A stretch of 64,000 bases of DNA, from the NCBI GenBank assembly GCA_030765135.1, contig JAVCDC010000082.1, forward strand, positions 4,351-68,350. Direction: 5' to 3'. The DNA comes from Candidatus Tritonobacter lacicola. Lineage in GTDB: Bacteria; Auribacterota; Tritonobacteria; Tritonobacterales; Tritonobacteraceae. Below, in pieces: positions 9,181 to 19,068 of the stretch; positions within the stretch are counted from its first letter, which is position 1, and the number at the start of each line of letters is the position of its first letter. Both the position numbers and the translations under genes were made by a program. The notes beneath the pieces were generated by a model. That model saw only the letters and a list, made by a program, of their open reading frames with translations, had not been told where the DNA came from and did not search any database.

Positions 9181-10053
9181 TTATCTATTTTTTTTACGTG
9201 CATAAACCCTGATTTGATTCGAACGGCCAATTAGCCGGGAGATGCGATCCAGGAATGAAATTATTGAACGGGAAATTAGTTTTCTTCCCCATTTACCATA
9301 GGTATCCGCAAGTATTTCAGGATCGCTACCCGCCCTTTCAATACCGCAAACTTCCAGGCCGGCTTTAAGGAGAGCCTCTGCAATAGTACCGGGGGAAAAA
9401 CGATTGATATGGTTCGCGCTATAAAGTAGGCCAACCGGAGTTCTGCAGAGGCCTAATGATAAGCGGTAAAGCGCCGCCGCAACAGCATCATAGAGGCTGT
9501 CGGCAGTTGGCATTTGCAATGCTACTATCCCTCCCTCCCTAAGCATTACGGATACCTGCCTTAAAGCGGCTAAAGGACGCTCGATATGTTCTATCACTCC
9601 CCACAAGGTGATGACATCAAAGGTGCCTAGCTCCTTCACTTCCTCAAACCTCATACGTAGGAGTTCCACTCCCAACTTTCTCATGGCATAGCCGGCAAGA
9701 ATTTCATCCGGCTCAATACCTTCCGCTTGCCAACCATTTTTGCGGGCGCTGAATACGAAAAAACCGCAACCAGCTCCCACATCCAGAGACCGTGGTGAAG
9801 GAACTGCGAGCATTCCTTGTATTTTTTTGACCTTGGCATTGGCTTCGGCAAAATAAGCTTTACGGTTTTTATCGTACACCTTCTCCACACTGGAGAAATT
9901 AACATCACCTACAAGCTTTTCCCAAAGATCGCACTTCCTTATCCCTCGCCAGGAGACATATCTCATCCCATCGGATGGACATTGAAGAACAATAAGAGTA
10001 TTTAACTTATAAATCATGCGTCCTTCACTTTCACACAGGGGGCACCTTCGCAT
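9181..10053 (-). CDS. Class I SAM-dependent methyltransferase with N-terminal Cys-rich motif
   Basis: CPLCES...LQCPSDG is followed by the SAM motif I LDVGAGCGFFVFSARKNG and DVITLWGVIEH. Confidence 0.75.
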   Translation of the reverse strand: MRRCPLCESEGRMIYKLNTLIVLQCPSDGMRYVSWRGIRKCDLWEKLVGDVNFSSVEKVYDKNRKAYFAEANAKVKKIQGMLAVPSPRSLDVGAGCGFFVFSARKNGWQAEGIEPDEILAGYAMRKLGVELLRMRFEEVKELGTFDVITLWGVIEHIERPLAALRQVSVMLREGGIVALQMPTADSLYDAVAAALYRLSLGLCRTPVGLLYSANHINRFSPGTIAEALLKAGLEVCGIERAGSDPEILADTYGKWGRKLISRSIISFLDRISRLIGRSNQIRVYARKKNR

Positions 10054-10071
10054 TTCACCGGACCTTATCTA

Positions 10072-11163
10072 TCACCGTGAACCTTCGGCAGCGCAGACTA
10101 CGGCCTCTATTGCCCGGCACACTTTCAGGGCAGCCTCATCCCAGGAATCGAAACGCTCTACCTTCTCCAGATTCGCTACGCTCATTTTCTTCTTCAGGGC
10201 TGGGTCAGATATGAGTTTCTTTATCGCTCGCGCAAGCCCGACAGAGGATGCCCGGTCAACAAGAAAACCGTTAATCCCATCCTCGACCAACTCGGGAATT
10301 GAGCCAGCCTTCGTTGCAATAATGGGCAAGCCAAAAGACATAGCCTCTAAAAGGACTATTCCGAACCCTTCCAACAGAGACGAGAGGATAAAAATATCCG
10401 CCGAGCGATATTGAGCCGTTAATTCCTCGGATGGTACCCTACCAAGAAATAGAACGCGCTCTTCAATCTCCAGTTCCCTGGCTTTGCCCCTCAAGGCCTC
10501 ATAATAATCGGACTCGAATGTAAGATCCCCAACAATACTTAAAAAAATATCCATGTCTTTGAGCATAGCTACCGCCTCTATAAGATATTCCAATCCCTTC
10601 CTTGGCCTAACCTCACCGACGAATAAAAGTCGGACGGCTCCCGAGCCGTCAATATTTGGACTTTCCAGCCTTCCCGGGAGGATTCGGTCGAATCCCGGAT
10701 AGACGACTTTAACAGTGTCTCTCTTAACACCGGATCCTATCGCCCACTCCCTTGTGGTATTGCTTATGGCGACTACCAAGCTAGCTCCCCTGATATTGAA
10801 CGTTTCAACAGACCTGTCGAGAAAACGAAGCAATCCGTGCGAAAGCTGTTGATGATATGGATGATAAGCCATAACAATCACCTTTTTGCAAAGGAGCGTT
10901 GTTAAAACGCGATTCAGGAGGAAACAATAGGGATGCATGATCATGTCTTCGATAATAACTGAATATCTTCCAGTAAATATCTTGAACGCCAGCACAGCAG
11001 CACCGCAAAGGGGATTTCGCATCAGCAACGGCATGTCGTCGAGAGTCAATATACGAACGTGATGACCGAGCTCTCGGAGCCTCCTGCAAACCTCGAAATC
11101 GTATCTTTCACCTCCCCCCCGTGGAGAGGAGAAAGGTCTGCGAGCCAAAAAAACTACATTCAT
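10072..11163 (-). CDS. Glycosyltransferase family 4 (GT-B, Glycos_transf_1)
   Basis: LLFVGEVRPRKGLEYLIEA and EGFGIVLLEAMSFGLPIIATKAGSIPELVEDGINGFLV (E-x7-E region) are present. Confidence 0.85.
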   Translation of the reverse strand: MNVVFLARRPFSSPRGGGERYDFEVCRRLRELGHHVRILTLDDMPLLMRNPLCGAAVLAFKIFTGRYSVIIEDMIMHPYCFLLNRVLTTLLCKKVIVMAYHPYHQQLSHGLLRFLDRSVETFNIRGASLVVAISNTTREWAIGSGVKRDTVKVVYPGFDRILPGRLESPNIDGSGAVRLLFVGEVRPRKGLEYLIEAVAMLKDMDIFLSIVGDLTFESDYYEALRGKARELEIEERVLFLGRVPSEELTAQYRSADIFILSSLLEGFGIVLLEAMSFGLPIIATKAGSIPELVEDGINGFLVDRASSVGLARAIKKLISDPALKKKMSVANLEKVERFDSWDEAALKVCRAIEAVVCAAEGSR

Positions 11164-11178
11164 ATCAACAACCCGTCA

Positions 11179-12138
11179 CTACTGGCCTGGCTTCCTAACT
11201 CTTGATATATCTCCCAGTAAAACTCCCTTAATCACTTTCCAGTCTAGTACCGCCCTCGAGGCCGCCCTCTCCGAAACGACGCCTGCCAAAAGGAGAGGGA
11301 AAATTCGGATACCGCATGCCCCGAGCATGGAAGCGGCGTAAAGCATCGCATAAAAGGGGCCCTCGTGTATGTGGAAGTAACGGTACGCGCTCCTGTAGTG
11401 CTCATAATAGCTGGCCACCTTATCCTGGGTCGCGCTCTTCTCCCAGTGGTGGATAACCCTTGCTTCCGGGAAATACACCACTCTGTAGCCGGCTCCTTTT
11501 ATTCTCCGGCAGAGGTCGGTATCCTCAAGATAAAGGAAATAATCCTCCGGGAATCCTCCAACTCGACGCAGGATATGCGACGGGACCATAATTGCCGCAC
11601 CTATAACCCAATCGACCTCCGTTGCGGCACAACAATCACGGCACCTGAGTTTAGACCTGCCAAAGGCCGGAATAAAACGAGAAAACCTGTCAAGGCGGCA
11701 CTCCTCCAGAAGATAAGAATTTATCCCCGGGAAAAAACCGCAGCTGTCCTGGACAGAACCATCGGGAGATATCAGACAGCATCCCACGGCGCCGACATCC
11801 GGATGCGCATGAAGAAACTCCATCATAATGCCCGGTGCGCTATTGACGAGTTCAGTGTCGGGATTAAGAAAAAATAGGTGCTCTCCTTTCGCAACCGCAG
11901 CAGCCCTGTTATTCGCCCTCGCGAACCCTTCATTTGACCGGTTCTGAATCAGGCGTACACTTGGGAATTCTGCCTTTACCATTTGAGTGGACCCATCGGA
12001 AGAAGCATTATCGACAACAATGACTTCCAGACTATAGCCTCCTTCGTGATCATAGATAGATTTTATACAATTTCTCAAAAATCCTTTTGTATTCCAATTC
12101 ACTATAATAATGGAAATGTCTGTTTTTATTGCCCTCAC
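11179..12138 (-). CDS. Glycosyltransferase family 2
   Basis: ISIIIVNWNTKGFLRNCIKSI...VIVVDNASSDGS and a later LEDTDLCRR (DxD-like) fit rhamnosyltransferase-type GT2 architecture. Confidence 0.85.
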   Translation of the reverse strand: MRAIKTDISIIIVNWNTKGFLRNCIKSIYDHEGGYSLEVIVVDNASSDGSTQMVKAEFPSVRLIQNRSNEGFARANNRAAAVAKGEHLFFLNPDTELVNSAPGIMMEFLHAHPDVGAVGCCLISPDGSVQDSCGFFPGINSYLLEECRLDRFSRFIPAFGRSKLRCRDCCAATEVDWVIGAAIMVPSHILRRVGGFPEDYFLYLEDTDLCRRIKGAGYRVVYFPEARVIHHWEKSATQDKVASYYEHYRSAYRYFHIHEGPFYAMLYAASMLGACGIRIFPLLLAGVVSERAASRAVLDWKVIKGVLLGDISRVRKPGQ

Positions 12139-13376
12139 GACCTTTCTTTCTTCTTCTCCCGCGCCGCACTGTGAGAAAACGAGCCACGGTTTGAAGCTAT
12201 CTCCTTATAAAGCTCATCGACATGCCGGAAACTTCTCTTCCAGTTGTACTCTCTTTTTATGAATTCCAGACCTGCACATGCTATTTCTCTCCTGTATTTT
12301 TTATCAACGAGTAAGCGAACAACGGCTTCCGCAAACCGAACCGGTTCATCCGCGATCAACAACTCCTTCCCCGGCAACGCTCCAATCCCTTTCGCACCCA
12401 GCGTCGTTGTCACAACAGGCTTACCTACCGACATCGCTTCCAGAATCTTCACCATTATTCCTCCCGCTATTCGCATGGGAGCCACGAAAACCAGAGCTTT
12501 TGCAAGATGCTTTCGCGGGTCATCAACAAAGCCTGTCACGTGAACACGCCCCTTCATATACGACCATGCCCGCGGGGGTGGCGAAGACCCGATCACATAC
12601 ATGACGGCGTCCGGGATTTCCTTGAGTATCAAGGGCCAAATTTCATCGAAGAAATAGTTCATGGCGTAGACATTACGGGGATTCATAAAACCCCCTAAAT
12701 AGGCCACAGAACGCGCCTCAGCATTTTCCTCGGTAATAAAATCCACCGCGGGTTGAACATACGGCTTCATAAACGATATGTCGGCACCGGGCAGGCAGGA
12801 TTGTAAAAGATCCGCGTCATGCTTCGAAGCGCATAAAATATGATCAAAGTTCATGCAGACAGCCATTTCCCATCGTTTAAGCTTCCAGAACTCCCATGAG
12901 AGGAGCAAACGAGAGAACCAGTTACGACAAAGCCGGAGCCTCTGCCGCATTACATCGAACTGGATATCGAACTTGAGCAATACTTTTGGTAAGGAGGAAA
13001 GAAGCCGGCTATAAATTGCCATCTGTGTATATTCAATCTGAACAAGGTCGAAATCCATCTCGTTAACAGAACGTTGTATTTCCGCAGCCATATCGCTCGA
13101 TCGATGTAAAACACATCTAAGAGGGATAAACGTAAAAATGGAAAGCCTGTCCAAGACCTTGCGGGCAAAGCTCCGCCGAGAATACAACGTCCTGACTTTG
13201 ACGCCTAAATTCTCCAAATCCACAACGTGTTTGCTCTCTTCCTGGCTACGCAGAAAAGAAATAAGGGTAATATCATGGTCCAGGCAAAGAGAAGAAAGCA
13301 GGGCATAGGAGACCTTGCCCCCTGCATGATCAACCGAGGCATAAGGAAGAAAAGCCGTTACAACTAAAATTTTCAT
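12135..13376 (-). CDS. Glycosyltransferase family 4/1 (GT-B)
   Basis: MKILVVTAFLPYASVDHAGG... at the N-terminus and GGIMVKILEAMSVGKPVVTTTLGAKGI at the C-terminus. I chose the ATG at 13376 because it forms an ATGA overlap with the upstream stop; the track ORF extends to 13424. Confidence 0.75.
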   Translation of the reverse strand: MKILVVTAFLPYASVDHAGGKVSYALLSSLCLDHDITLISFLRSQEESKHVVDLENLGVKVRTLYSRRSFARKVLDRLSIFTFIPLRCVLHRSSDMAAEIQRSVNEMDFDLVQIEYTQMAIYSRLLSSLPKVLLKFDIQFDVMRQRLRLCRNWFSRLLLSWEFWKLKRWEMAVCMNFDHILCASKHDADLLQSCLPGADISFMKPYVQPAVDFITEENAEARSVAYLGGFMNPRNVYAMNYFFDEIWPLILKEIPDAVMYVIGSSPPPRAWSYMKGRVHVTGFVDDPRKHLAKALVFVAPMRIAGGIMVKILEAMSVGKPVVTTTLGAKGIGALPGKELLIADEPVRFAEAVVRLLVDKKYRREIACAGLEFIKREYNWKRSFRHVDELYKEIASNRGSFSHSAAREKKKERS

Positions 13377-14830
13377 CTTCGCACATCCGCAAGATTCGCG
13401 CGCTTCGGGGATAGCAAAACGCATTCATAAACGGCGAAGACGAACCAAAGCTGCCACATTTGGGCGTCCTGCAAGAGAGCCCAACTCGCCAATCCGTCCA
13501 CGAGAACTCCGCCTATCACACCGAAGACGCCAATAGCCAACGCGAATGCCCCCGGGGAAAGTGCCTTTCTTGCCCGATACAGAGAGAGAAGAACCCTGAT
13601 AAACACCCAAACGAAAAGAACCAAGCCTACAATGCCAAGTTCCACACCCGTTAAAAGATAAATATTATGAACAACCGTTTTTACCGGATAGAAAACATCG
13701 TAACAATTATTCAGCCCAACACCGCAAATAGGATTCCTCGATATGGCTTTTATAGCCTCTATATTCAATGACATCCTTGATTGATACATCAGGCTTGTGT
13801 CACCCGTCAGGCGGTCGTAGAGCTCAACGCGAAAAAAATATCCGATCACAACCAAGCAGAGAATAAGAACTATCCCGATACGTCGAGCCAATCTCTTCCC
13901 AATTTTTCCGCTCCGATAAAGATATAAAAGAGAAAATGCCAACGCCGCCAGCAAAGCCATCGCGCCCCCTCTGCTGAGGGTCATTACAACAAGAGTAAGA
14001 CCAAGCAGCATTCCAAAAAGAAAGACTCTCTTCAGTGATTGCCTTCTCTCAACAGAATATAGGCCCAGAAGAAAGGGCAATATCAATATTAAATAAAGGG
14101 CCAGTCCAGCCGGGTGGCCAAGCGTTCCTCCCACTCCACTCCACCATCCGGAACTCCGGAAAGCCATCTCCTCGCTCAGGTAGGCAACGGGAGCAAGAAC
14201 GCTCCCCGTGCAAGCCTGGTAGAAAGACAGGCCAAATTGAATAAGTATCACACAAACGAAAATAACCCCGAGCAACGATGAATACCTCTTGATATCAAAC
14301 ACGTTGCAGGCGCACAGATAAAATAAATAAAGCTTTATCAAGCGAAGAAACTCGAACCCGGAGGCAACTGTATTTCCCGCCCATACAATCGATAGCCCTC
14401 CCCATGCGATATAGGCGAGGAGCAGGTAATTGAGTTTCAGTTCCCTGAATCTGAACGATTGGCCAAGAAGTGTTCGCATGATCACAATAGAGAGAAGAAC
14501 AAGGAGTAAAACATCCGTAAGGGAGATAATCAAACCAAGCGAGGCACCCCCCATGTGTGATTCAAGAGAGGTAATTGCTATATCCGGATTAATGGGGATA
14601 AAAAAAACGATTGCCAGCAGGAGTGATTGTGTGCGATTCCTCGTTGACAACCAGACAGTCCCAAAAAAGAAAAAGAAGAGGAATGTTATAAACCACTTCC
14701 CCTCCAAATAATGTATAACTCCTGCAATGAAAACAGCCATAAAGACAATAACCACCGCCTGGATGGCCTTATTCATGATGAAGGAAGGTACCACCATTGT
14801 CGATCCGGAGAGTTGTCTTCTTTTGAGCAA
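13373..14830 (-). CDS. O-antigen ligase/polymerase-family (Wzy_C-like) polytopic membrane protein
   Basis: The protein has about 10-12 TM helices, and MTLSRGGAMALLAALAF is typical of the Wzy_C loop region. The start is uncertain (alternative Mets at 14797 and 14776). Confidence 0.7.
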   Translation of the reverse strand: MLKRRQLSGSTMVVPSFIMNKAIQAVVIVFMAVFIAGVIHYLEGKWFITFLFFFFFGTVWLSTRNRTQSLLLAIVFFIPINPDIAITSLESHMGGASLGLIISLTDVLLLVLLSIVIMRTLLGQSFRFRELKLNYLLLAYIAWGGLSIVWAGNTVASGFEFLRLIKLYLFYLCACNVFDIKRYSSLLGVIFVCVILIQFGLSFYQACTGSVLAPVAYLSEEMAFRSSGWWSGVGGTLGHPAGLALYLILILPFLLGLYSVERRQSLKRVFLFGMLLGLTLVVMTLSRGGAMALLAALAFSLLYLYRSGKIGKRLARRIGIVLILCLVVIGYFFRVELYDRLTGDTSLMYQSRMSLNIEAIKAISRNPICGVGLNNCYDVFYPVKTVVHNIYLLTGVELGIVGLVLFVWVFIRVLLSLYRARKALSPGAFALAIGVFGVIGGVLVDGLASWALLQDAQMWQLWFVFAVYECVLLSPKRANLADVRR

Positions 14831-15590
14831 CGATGCATAATTGCAAACCTAAATGGAGGAAGAAGGCGCCCCCTAACCGGCTCTTCTCGATCCATTTCCA
14901 GAAATTCTCGATAGCATTACCTATTCGTTCAGGAATAACGGGTTTGCCAAACCTTTTCATCCCCCTCCAGTGAAAGTAGCGGACGATCATGTCCAAAAAG
15001 CCCCCGTCAAAACCTGAACCCAGCTGATTTACCACTTCCAGACCGCATCTCTTCAAGAGTTTTCTCAGGCCGCTAAGGCTAAACGAAGCCTCCCATCCAA
15101 AAGGCCATTTATTAAGGGCAATAAATAACCTCTTCTTTAAAGTATAAATGTTGTATCTCTGAGGCACACTGATGACCACATATCCTGAAGGCTTCAACAG
15201 CCTGATCTGTTGTTTTAAATAGGGGACGGGATCACGGAAATGCTCAAGGAAACCCTGATGAGATATCAGGTCAAAGGTACCGGACTTGAAGGGAAGGTAT
15301 CGAGCGTCAGCCATGACCAGCCGGATTTTGACTCCCTGACTGGCAGTTCTCGAACTGATCAGTCGAATACTGTTCCACGAGCGATCTATTGCTGTACTCC
15401 AGGCCCCTTCCGAGACCAATTTGAAGCTGTCCGCCCCCCTTCCACCCCCAACTTCCAGGACTTTTTTCCCCTTAACCCGCACCGAATTATGTATAGCATT
15501 TAAGAGGAAATGGTGAGGCAAATAAAGTTCTTCATGTTCACGTTCCTTCTTCCAAAACTTATCCCACAATCCTGCGGCGCCCCTCACCAT
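14769..15590 (-). CDS. Class I SAM-dependent methyltransferase
   Basis: SAM motif I KKVLEVGGGRGADS, then FDLISHQGFLEHF and LKPSGYVVISVP. It overlaps the upstream kinase stop by 7 nt. Confidence 0.75.
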   Translation of the reverse strand: MVRGAAGLWDKFWKKEREHEELYLPHHFLLNAIHNSVRVKGKKVLEVGGGRGADSFKLVSEGAWSTAIDRSWNSIRLISSRTASQGVKIRLVMADARYLPFKSGTFDLISHQGFLEHFRDPVPYLKQQIRLLKPSGYVVISVPQRYNIYTLKKRLFIALNKWPFGWEASFSLSGLRKLLKRCGLEVVNQLGSGFDGGFLDMIVRYFHWRGMKRFGKPVIPERIGNAIENFWKWIEKSRLGGAFFLHLGLQLCIVAQKKTTLRIDNGGTFLHHE

Positions 15591-16549
15591 TCTCCAACGC
15601 CTCCAGAATACGCAAGCAATATCTTCGCCCAGGGAAGATCACTTCTAAGGGAGTTATCTTCATCGCGAAGTTGAAGCTGCGCTCTCGCCAAGAAAACGGG
15701 CAAATACACTCTTGCTATATCAATATCGATGCCCATGGAGTCACAATAATAACTTAAACCATTTCTCAAGATGGGAGAAGATAAGTATGTCTCCGGTACT
15801 GTTCGCTCTATAGATGAGGAAAAAAAGAATATATACACAAAAAAGAGACTAAACAGATCGTAAAACGGAAGGTCTTTACACGTAACCTCCTCCCAATCAT
15901 GAAGAAAAAGTGTTCCGGGGGACTTTATGAAATTGTAAATATTAAAGTCACCATGAGACATTACCAGGGGAAGGCCGATTCCCCTTATCATCTGCACATC
16001 CTCGAGGACCTTGTTTCCCGCGCGGCTATTTGCTAAAAGCGCGGCACACTTATTCAAATAAGCAAGCACGCGCTCATCAAATTCAAGATCATTAATAAAA
16101 ATGGTTTCACATTTCAAGAGCCTCTGGAAAGCGCATAAAAAATCCATGCATTTCAGAAGCAAATCCCAGTTACGGCGAGCAAGTGGGCCATCATCTTGCT
16201 TTAATTTGTTAATAAGCCTGACACCTTCAAAAGCACGGAAGAATGAAAGGAGTTTACCTTCATGCTCACCTATATAAAGCGGATCCGGTACGCCCGCTAA
16301 AAATTCAGAATCCTGAACCCTGCGCCTCACTTCAACCGGGCCATTGTAATCCTTTCTGACCTTTTCGAAATATCGTGCTTCCCACCCAACTTTAAGAAAA
16401 TAGATTGGATGATTACCCGGACCAAAAATAAGGTAGTTTGTTAAGTAATGACGACCCCTCCTGCTCTTGAGCTTCAAAAGGTCGAAATCACTCTTCTCCC
16501 CTTCAGTTCCCAATTGCTCTTTAACAATATCTCGTACCAGCTCGATCAT
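15584..16549 (-). CDS. APH / choline-ethanolamine-kinase-like phosphotransferase
   Basis: The Brenner motif H-x-D-x4-N (VMSHGDFNIYNF) is followed by the D-W-E metal motif (LFLHDWEE). I chose the ATG at 16549 (ATGA overlap with the upstream methyltransferase stop); the track ORF extends to 16639. Confidence 0.7.
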   Translation of the reverse strand: MIELVRDIVKEQLGTEGEKSDFDLLKLKSRRGRHYLTNYLIFGPGNHPIYFLKVGWEARYFEKVRKDYNGPVEVRRRVQDSEFLAGVPDPLYIGEHEGKLLSFFRAFEGVRLINKLKQDDGPLARRNWDLLLKCMDFLCAFQRLLKCETIFINDLEFDERVLAYLNKCAALLANSRAGNKVLEDVQMIRGIGLPLVMSHGDFNIYNFIKSPGTLFLHDWEEVTCKDLPFYDLFSLFFVYIFFFSSSIERTVPETYLSSPILRNGLSYYCDSMGIDIDIARVYLPVFLARAQLQLRDEDNSLRSDLPWAKILLAYSGGVGEW

Positions 16550-17502
16550 TTTTCTACTCTCGCTACGATTCCGAATGAAGGAACTAAGTACTTGTACAGG
16601 CCACAGAAAGAAAGAAACATGGCGAGACAAGATCGGCATCTTGCCTTTAGGGAACCGCCTTTATGATATACGGCGATCCTTTTCAGAAAATATCTGAAAA
16701 TATCACGCCTATCCAAGGGGAGCATATATTCGAGCGTTTGATATGAAGCAAGCGGACAGAAAAACCTTATAGAGGAATAACCAACATTCTCAAGAAGCCT
16801 GCTGTATCCGCAATAAGAATATGTGTAGTTTCTGAAAGGAATCCTTCTTACTAAAATTGAGTACAAATTAGCTATCTTCCGCGGCAAGAGAGTCACAAAC
16901 CTGAGCTTGGTATGTCCATCCCTCTGTCCCAGAAATAGCGGATACCCATACCTGTTCTCAATTCCGATATAAAGAGATCCCCCGGGCTTAAGGACGCGAA
17001 ATATTTCCTTGAGCGCCTTGAACTGGCAGATTTCCGCTGGAGGCTCCGTGAGACTGGAGCCGATCCACTCCAGAACACCATTAAGAATAACTACATCGAA
17101 AGATGAGGAACGAAAAGGCAGCCTTCCGTGATCCAGAACTTCGCACTGCATTATTCCTATATTGCGTATGTTCTCCTGGTGCGCTCGAAGAGCAACAAAC
17201 TCCAGACTGGCGTGGCAAGGATCTATCGAGCACACAAAACCGGCATTTCTAGCAATGGAGATACTTACAGAACCCAGACCGCAACCAATATCCAGAACCC
17301 TGCTTTTCAGAGTAATGGGCAAGAGGTACTTGAAATCCGCCCGCCCCTCGTCAAGGGCATAACGAACGAGATATTCCTTTTCCTCCAATACCCTTACCAT
17401 CGCATCCCTGTAACCATGTGCCGCGGCAAGGCCCAGCATCCTCTCCATCTCCTCCTTGCTAAGGAGGCCCCAGAAAAAATTTTTATCTTTTCCAGACATC
17501 AT
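16546..17502 (-). CDS. Class I SAM-dependent methyltransferase
   Basis: SAM motif I RVLDIGCGLGSVSISIARN, then FDVVILNGVLEWI and LKPGGSLYIGIEN. Confidence 0.75.
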   Translation of the reverse strand: MMSGKDKNFFWGLLSKEEMERMLGLAAAHGYRDAMVRVLEEKEYLVRYALDEGRADFKYLLPITLKSRVLDIGCGLGSVSISIARNAGFVCSIDPCHASLEFVALRAHQENIRNIGIMQCEVLDHGRLPFRSSSFDVVILNGVLEWIGSSLTEPPAEICQFKALKEIFRVLKPGGSLYIGIENRYGYPLFLGQRDGHTKLRFVTLLPRKIANLYSILVRRIPFRNYTYSYCGYSRLLENVGYSSIRFFCPLASYQTLEYMLPLDRRDIFRYFLKRIAVYHKGGSLKARCRSCLAMFLSFCGLYKYLVPSFGIVARVEK

Positions 17503-17562
17503 ATCTTGTATCCCATTATAATAAAATCAAGCCGTGAGCCCGCTAATCTCATAGCATTCCGC

Positions 17563-19029
17563 TCAGACCTGCGGATCATCCCCTACGTCACCTTCCTTTA
17601 ACCGCATAAATATCATAGCAGGAATGAAAGATATTTCCTCTCTGCTAAACACTCGAAAAAATATCAGGAAAGGCAGATACAGGAACAGAACCGCCGTCGC
17701 TAGAAGAAAAGGTCTTTCCAGCCCAATCATATAGCGCGCTAAAAACCATGACAGAAATACAGCAAAGGAAGGCTTCAGCAACACACCAACCATGTTTACC
17801 TTTACAAGACGGTTTAAGAGATACGAGAGGTTTAAAACCATCACAACGCTGATCGAGGCAACCGTGGCAACAGCGGCGCCGATAGCCATATACCGAGGGA
17901 TGAGAAGGAGGTTCAGAACGACATTGGAGAGGGTTCCAATAACCAGGGTTCGAAGGACAATTCTCTGTTCACCAGCTGCAAACAGGACCCTGCCCGAAGC
18001 TTGCTCAACGGAGAAAGGAATCAATGCCCATACTATGATGGCAAGGATAGCCGCCGAGGCAGTGAACTCCTCTCCGAACACAGTTGTTATAATGGGAACA
18101 GAAAGAATCGAGGCAATTACCGCAACCGGCAAGAAAAGTGAGACAAGGCATTTCACGGACAGGCTGAAAATATTGGATATTCCGGCCTTTCCCTCCGAAT
18201 AGTGCCGGGAGAAAATGGGGTAAACCGACACCATAAATGCCAAAATAAATATCCAGCCCGACTGCATCAGCTTGTAGGCGGCGTTGTATAAACCAACCTC
18301 CCCCTCCCCCCAGAACTTTGAAATCATTATGGTATCCACCCTCTGGAAAAGAGCTGCGAGAATAGAAGCACCCGCAAAAACGGTTGTCGCCCTTAAGATT
18401 GCGCGGACGGCGCTTAATTCAAACGTTACCCTAGGTCTGACAATATATCGGTACAAAAAGAGGAAAGAAATCACGAAGTAGAATCCCCTGGAAAAGATAA
18501 AGACCCAGACCAGAGCCATGACTCCTCCACCGAAATAAAGGACCGAGCACCCCGCTGCAAGGATTACGCAACTCGTCAAGAACGATATCAGAGTCAAAAA
18601 ACCCATTCTCTCATATGCTTGGAAGAAAGAATCGAAAACATGGGATAAGGTATCCATCAAGAGGGCAATTCCAAGCGCGAGAGTACACCTTATGACAATT
18701 GGGGGATAATTAAGAAAATGGACACTCGCAACCATGATAACGAATACGGGTATAACCAGAAAAAGCTTCGCCAGGATAGAATTGGCTAAATACGCCCCTG
18801 CCTTCTCCTTATCCCGAGAGACCTCCCTTACAAGATAATTATGCATTCCGAAAAAACTAAGCATTTGGAATATCGCATAGAGAGCCATTATCAAGGCGTA
18901 TGTACCAAAATCCCTTACGCCGAGAAAATGGGCTATGACTGCAAAATATACCAGTGAGGAAAGTTGACCTGTCAACCTGGCAATAACAAGTAAAAAAGTG
19001 TTTTTAATAACTCGTTGCGCTGTTGACAT
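17563..19029 (-). CDS. wzx: Oligosaccharide flippase (Wzx; MOP/polysaccharide biosynthesis protein family)
   Basis: A 488-aa protein with about 12-14 TM helices. The N-terminus MSTAQRVIKNTFLLVIARLTGQLSSLVYFAVIAHFLG is typical of Wzx/RfbX-type flippases. Confidence 0.85.
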   Translation of the reverse strand: MSTAQRVIKNTFLLVIARLTGQLSSLVYFAVIAHFLGVRDFGTYALIMALYAIFQMLSFFGMHNYLVREVSRDKEKAGAYLANSILAKLFLVIPVFVIMVASVHFLNYPPIVIRCTLALGIALLMDTLSHVFDSFFQAYERMGFLTLISFLTSCVILAAGCSVLYFGGGVMALVWVFIFSRGFYFVISFLFLYRYIVRPRVTFELSAVRAILRATTVFAGASILAALFQRVDTIMISKFWGEGEVGLYNAAYKLMQSGWIFILAFMVSVYPIFSRHYSEGKAGISNIFSLSVKCLVSLFLPVAVIASILSVPIITTVFGEEFTASAAILAIIVWALIPFSVEQASGRVLFAAGEQRIVLRTLVIGTLSNVVLNLLLIPRYMAIGAAVATVASISVVMVLNLSYLLNRLVKVNMVGVLLKPSFAVFLSWFLARYMIGLERPFLLATAVLFLYLPFLIFFRVFSREEISFIPAMIFMRLKEGDVGDDPQV

Positions 19030-19068
19030 AACAGGATAGCTTGGTGTTTCTGTAGAGAAGGGACTTTT

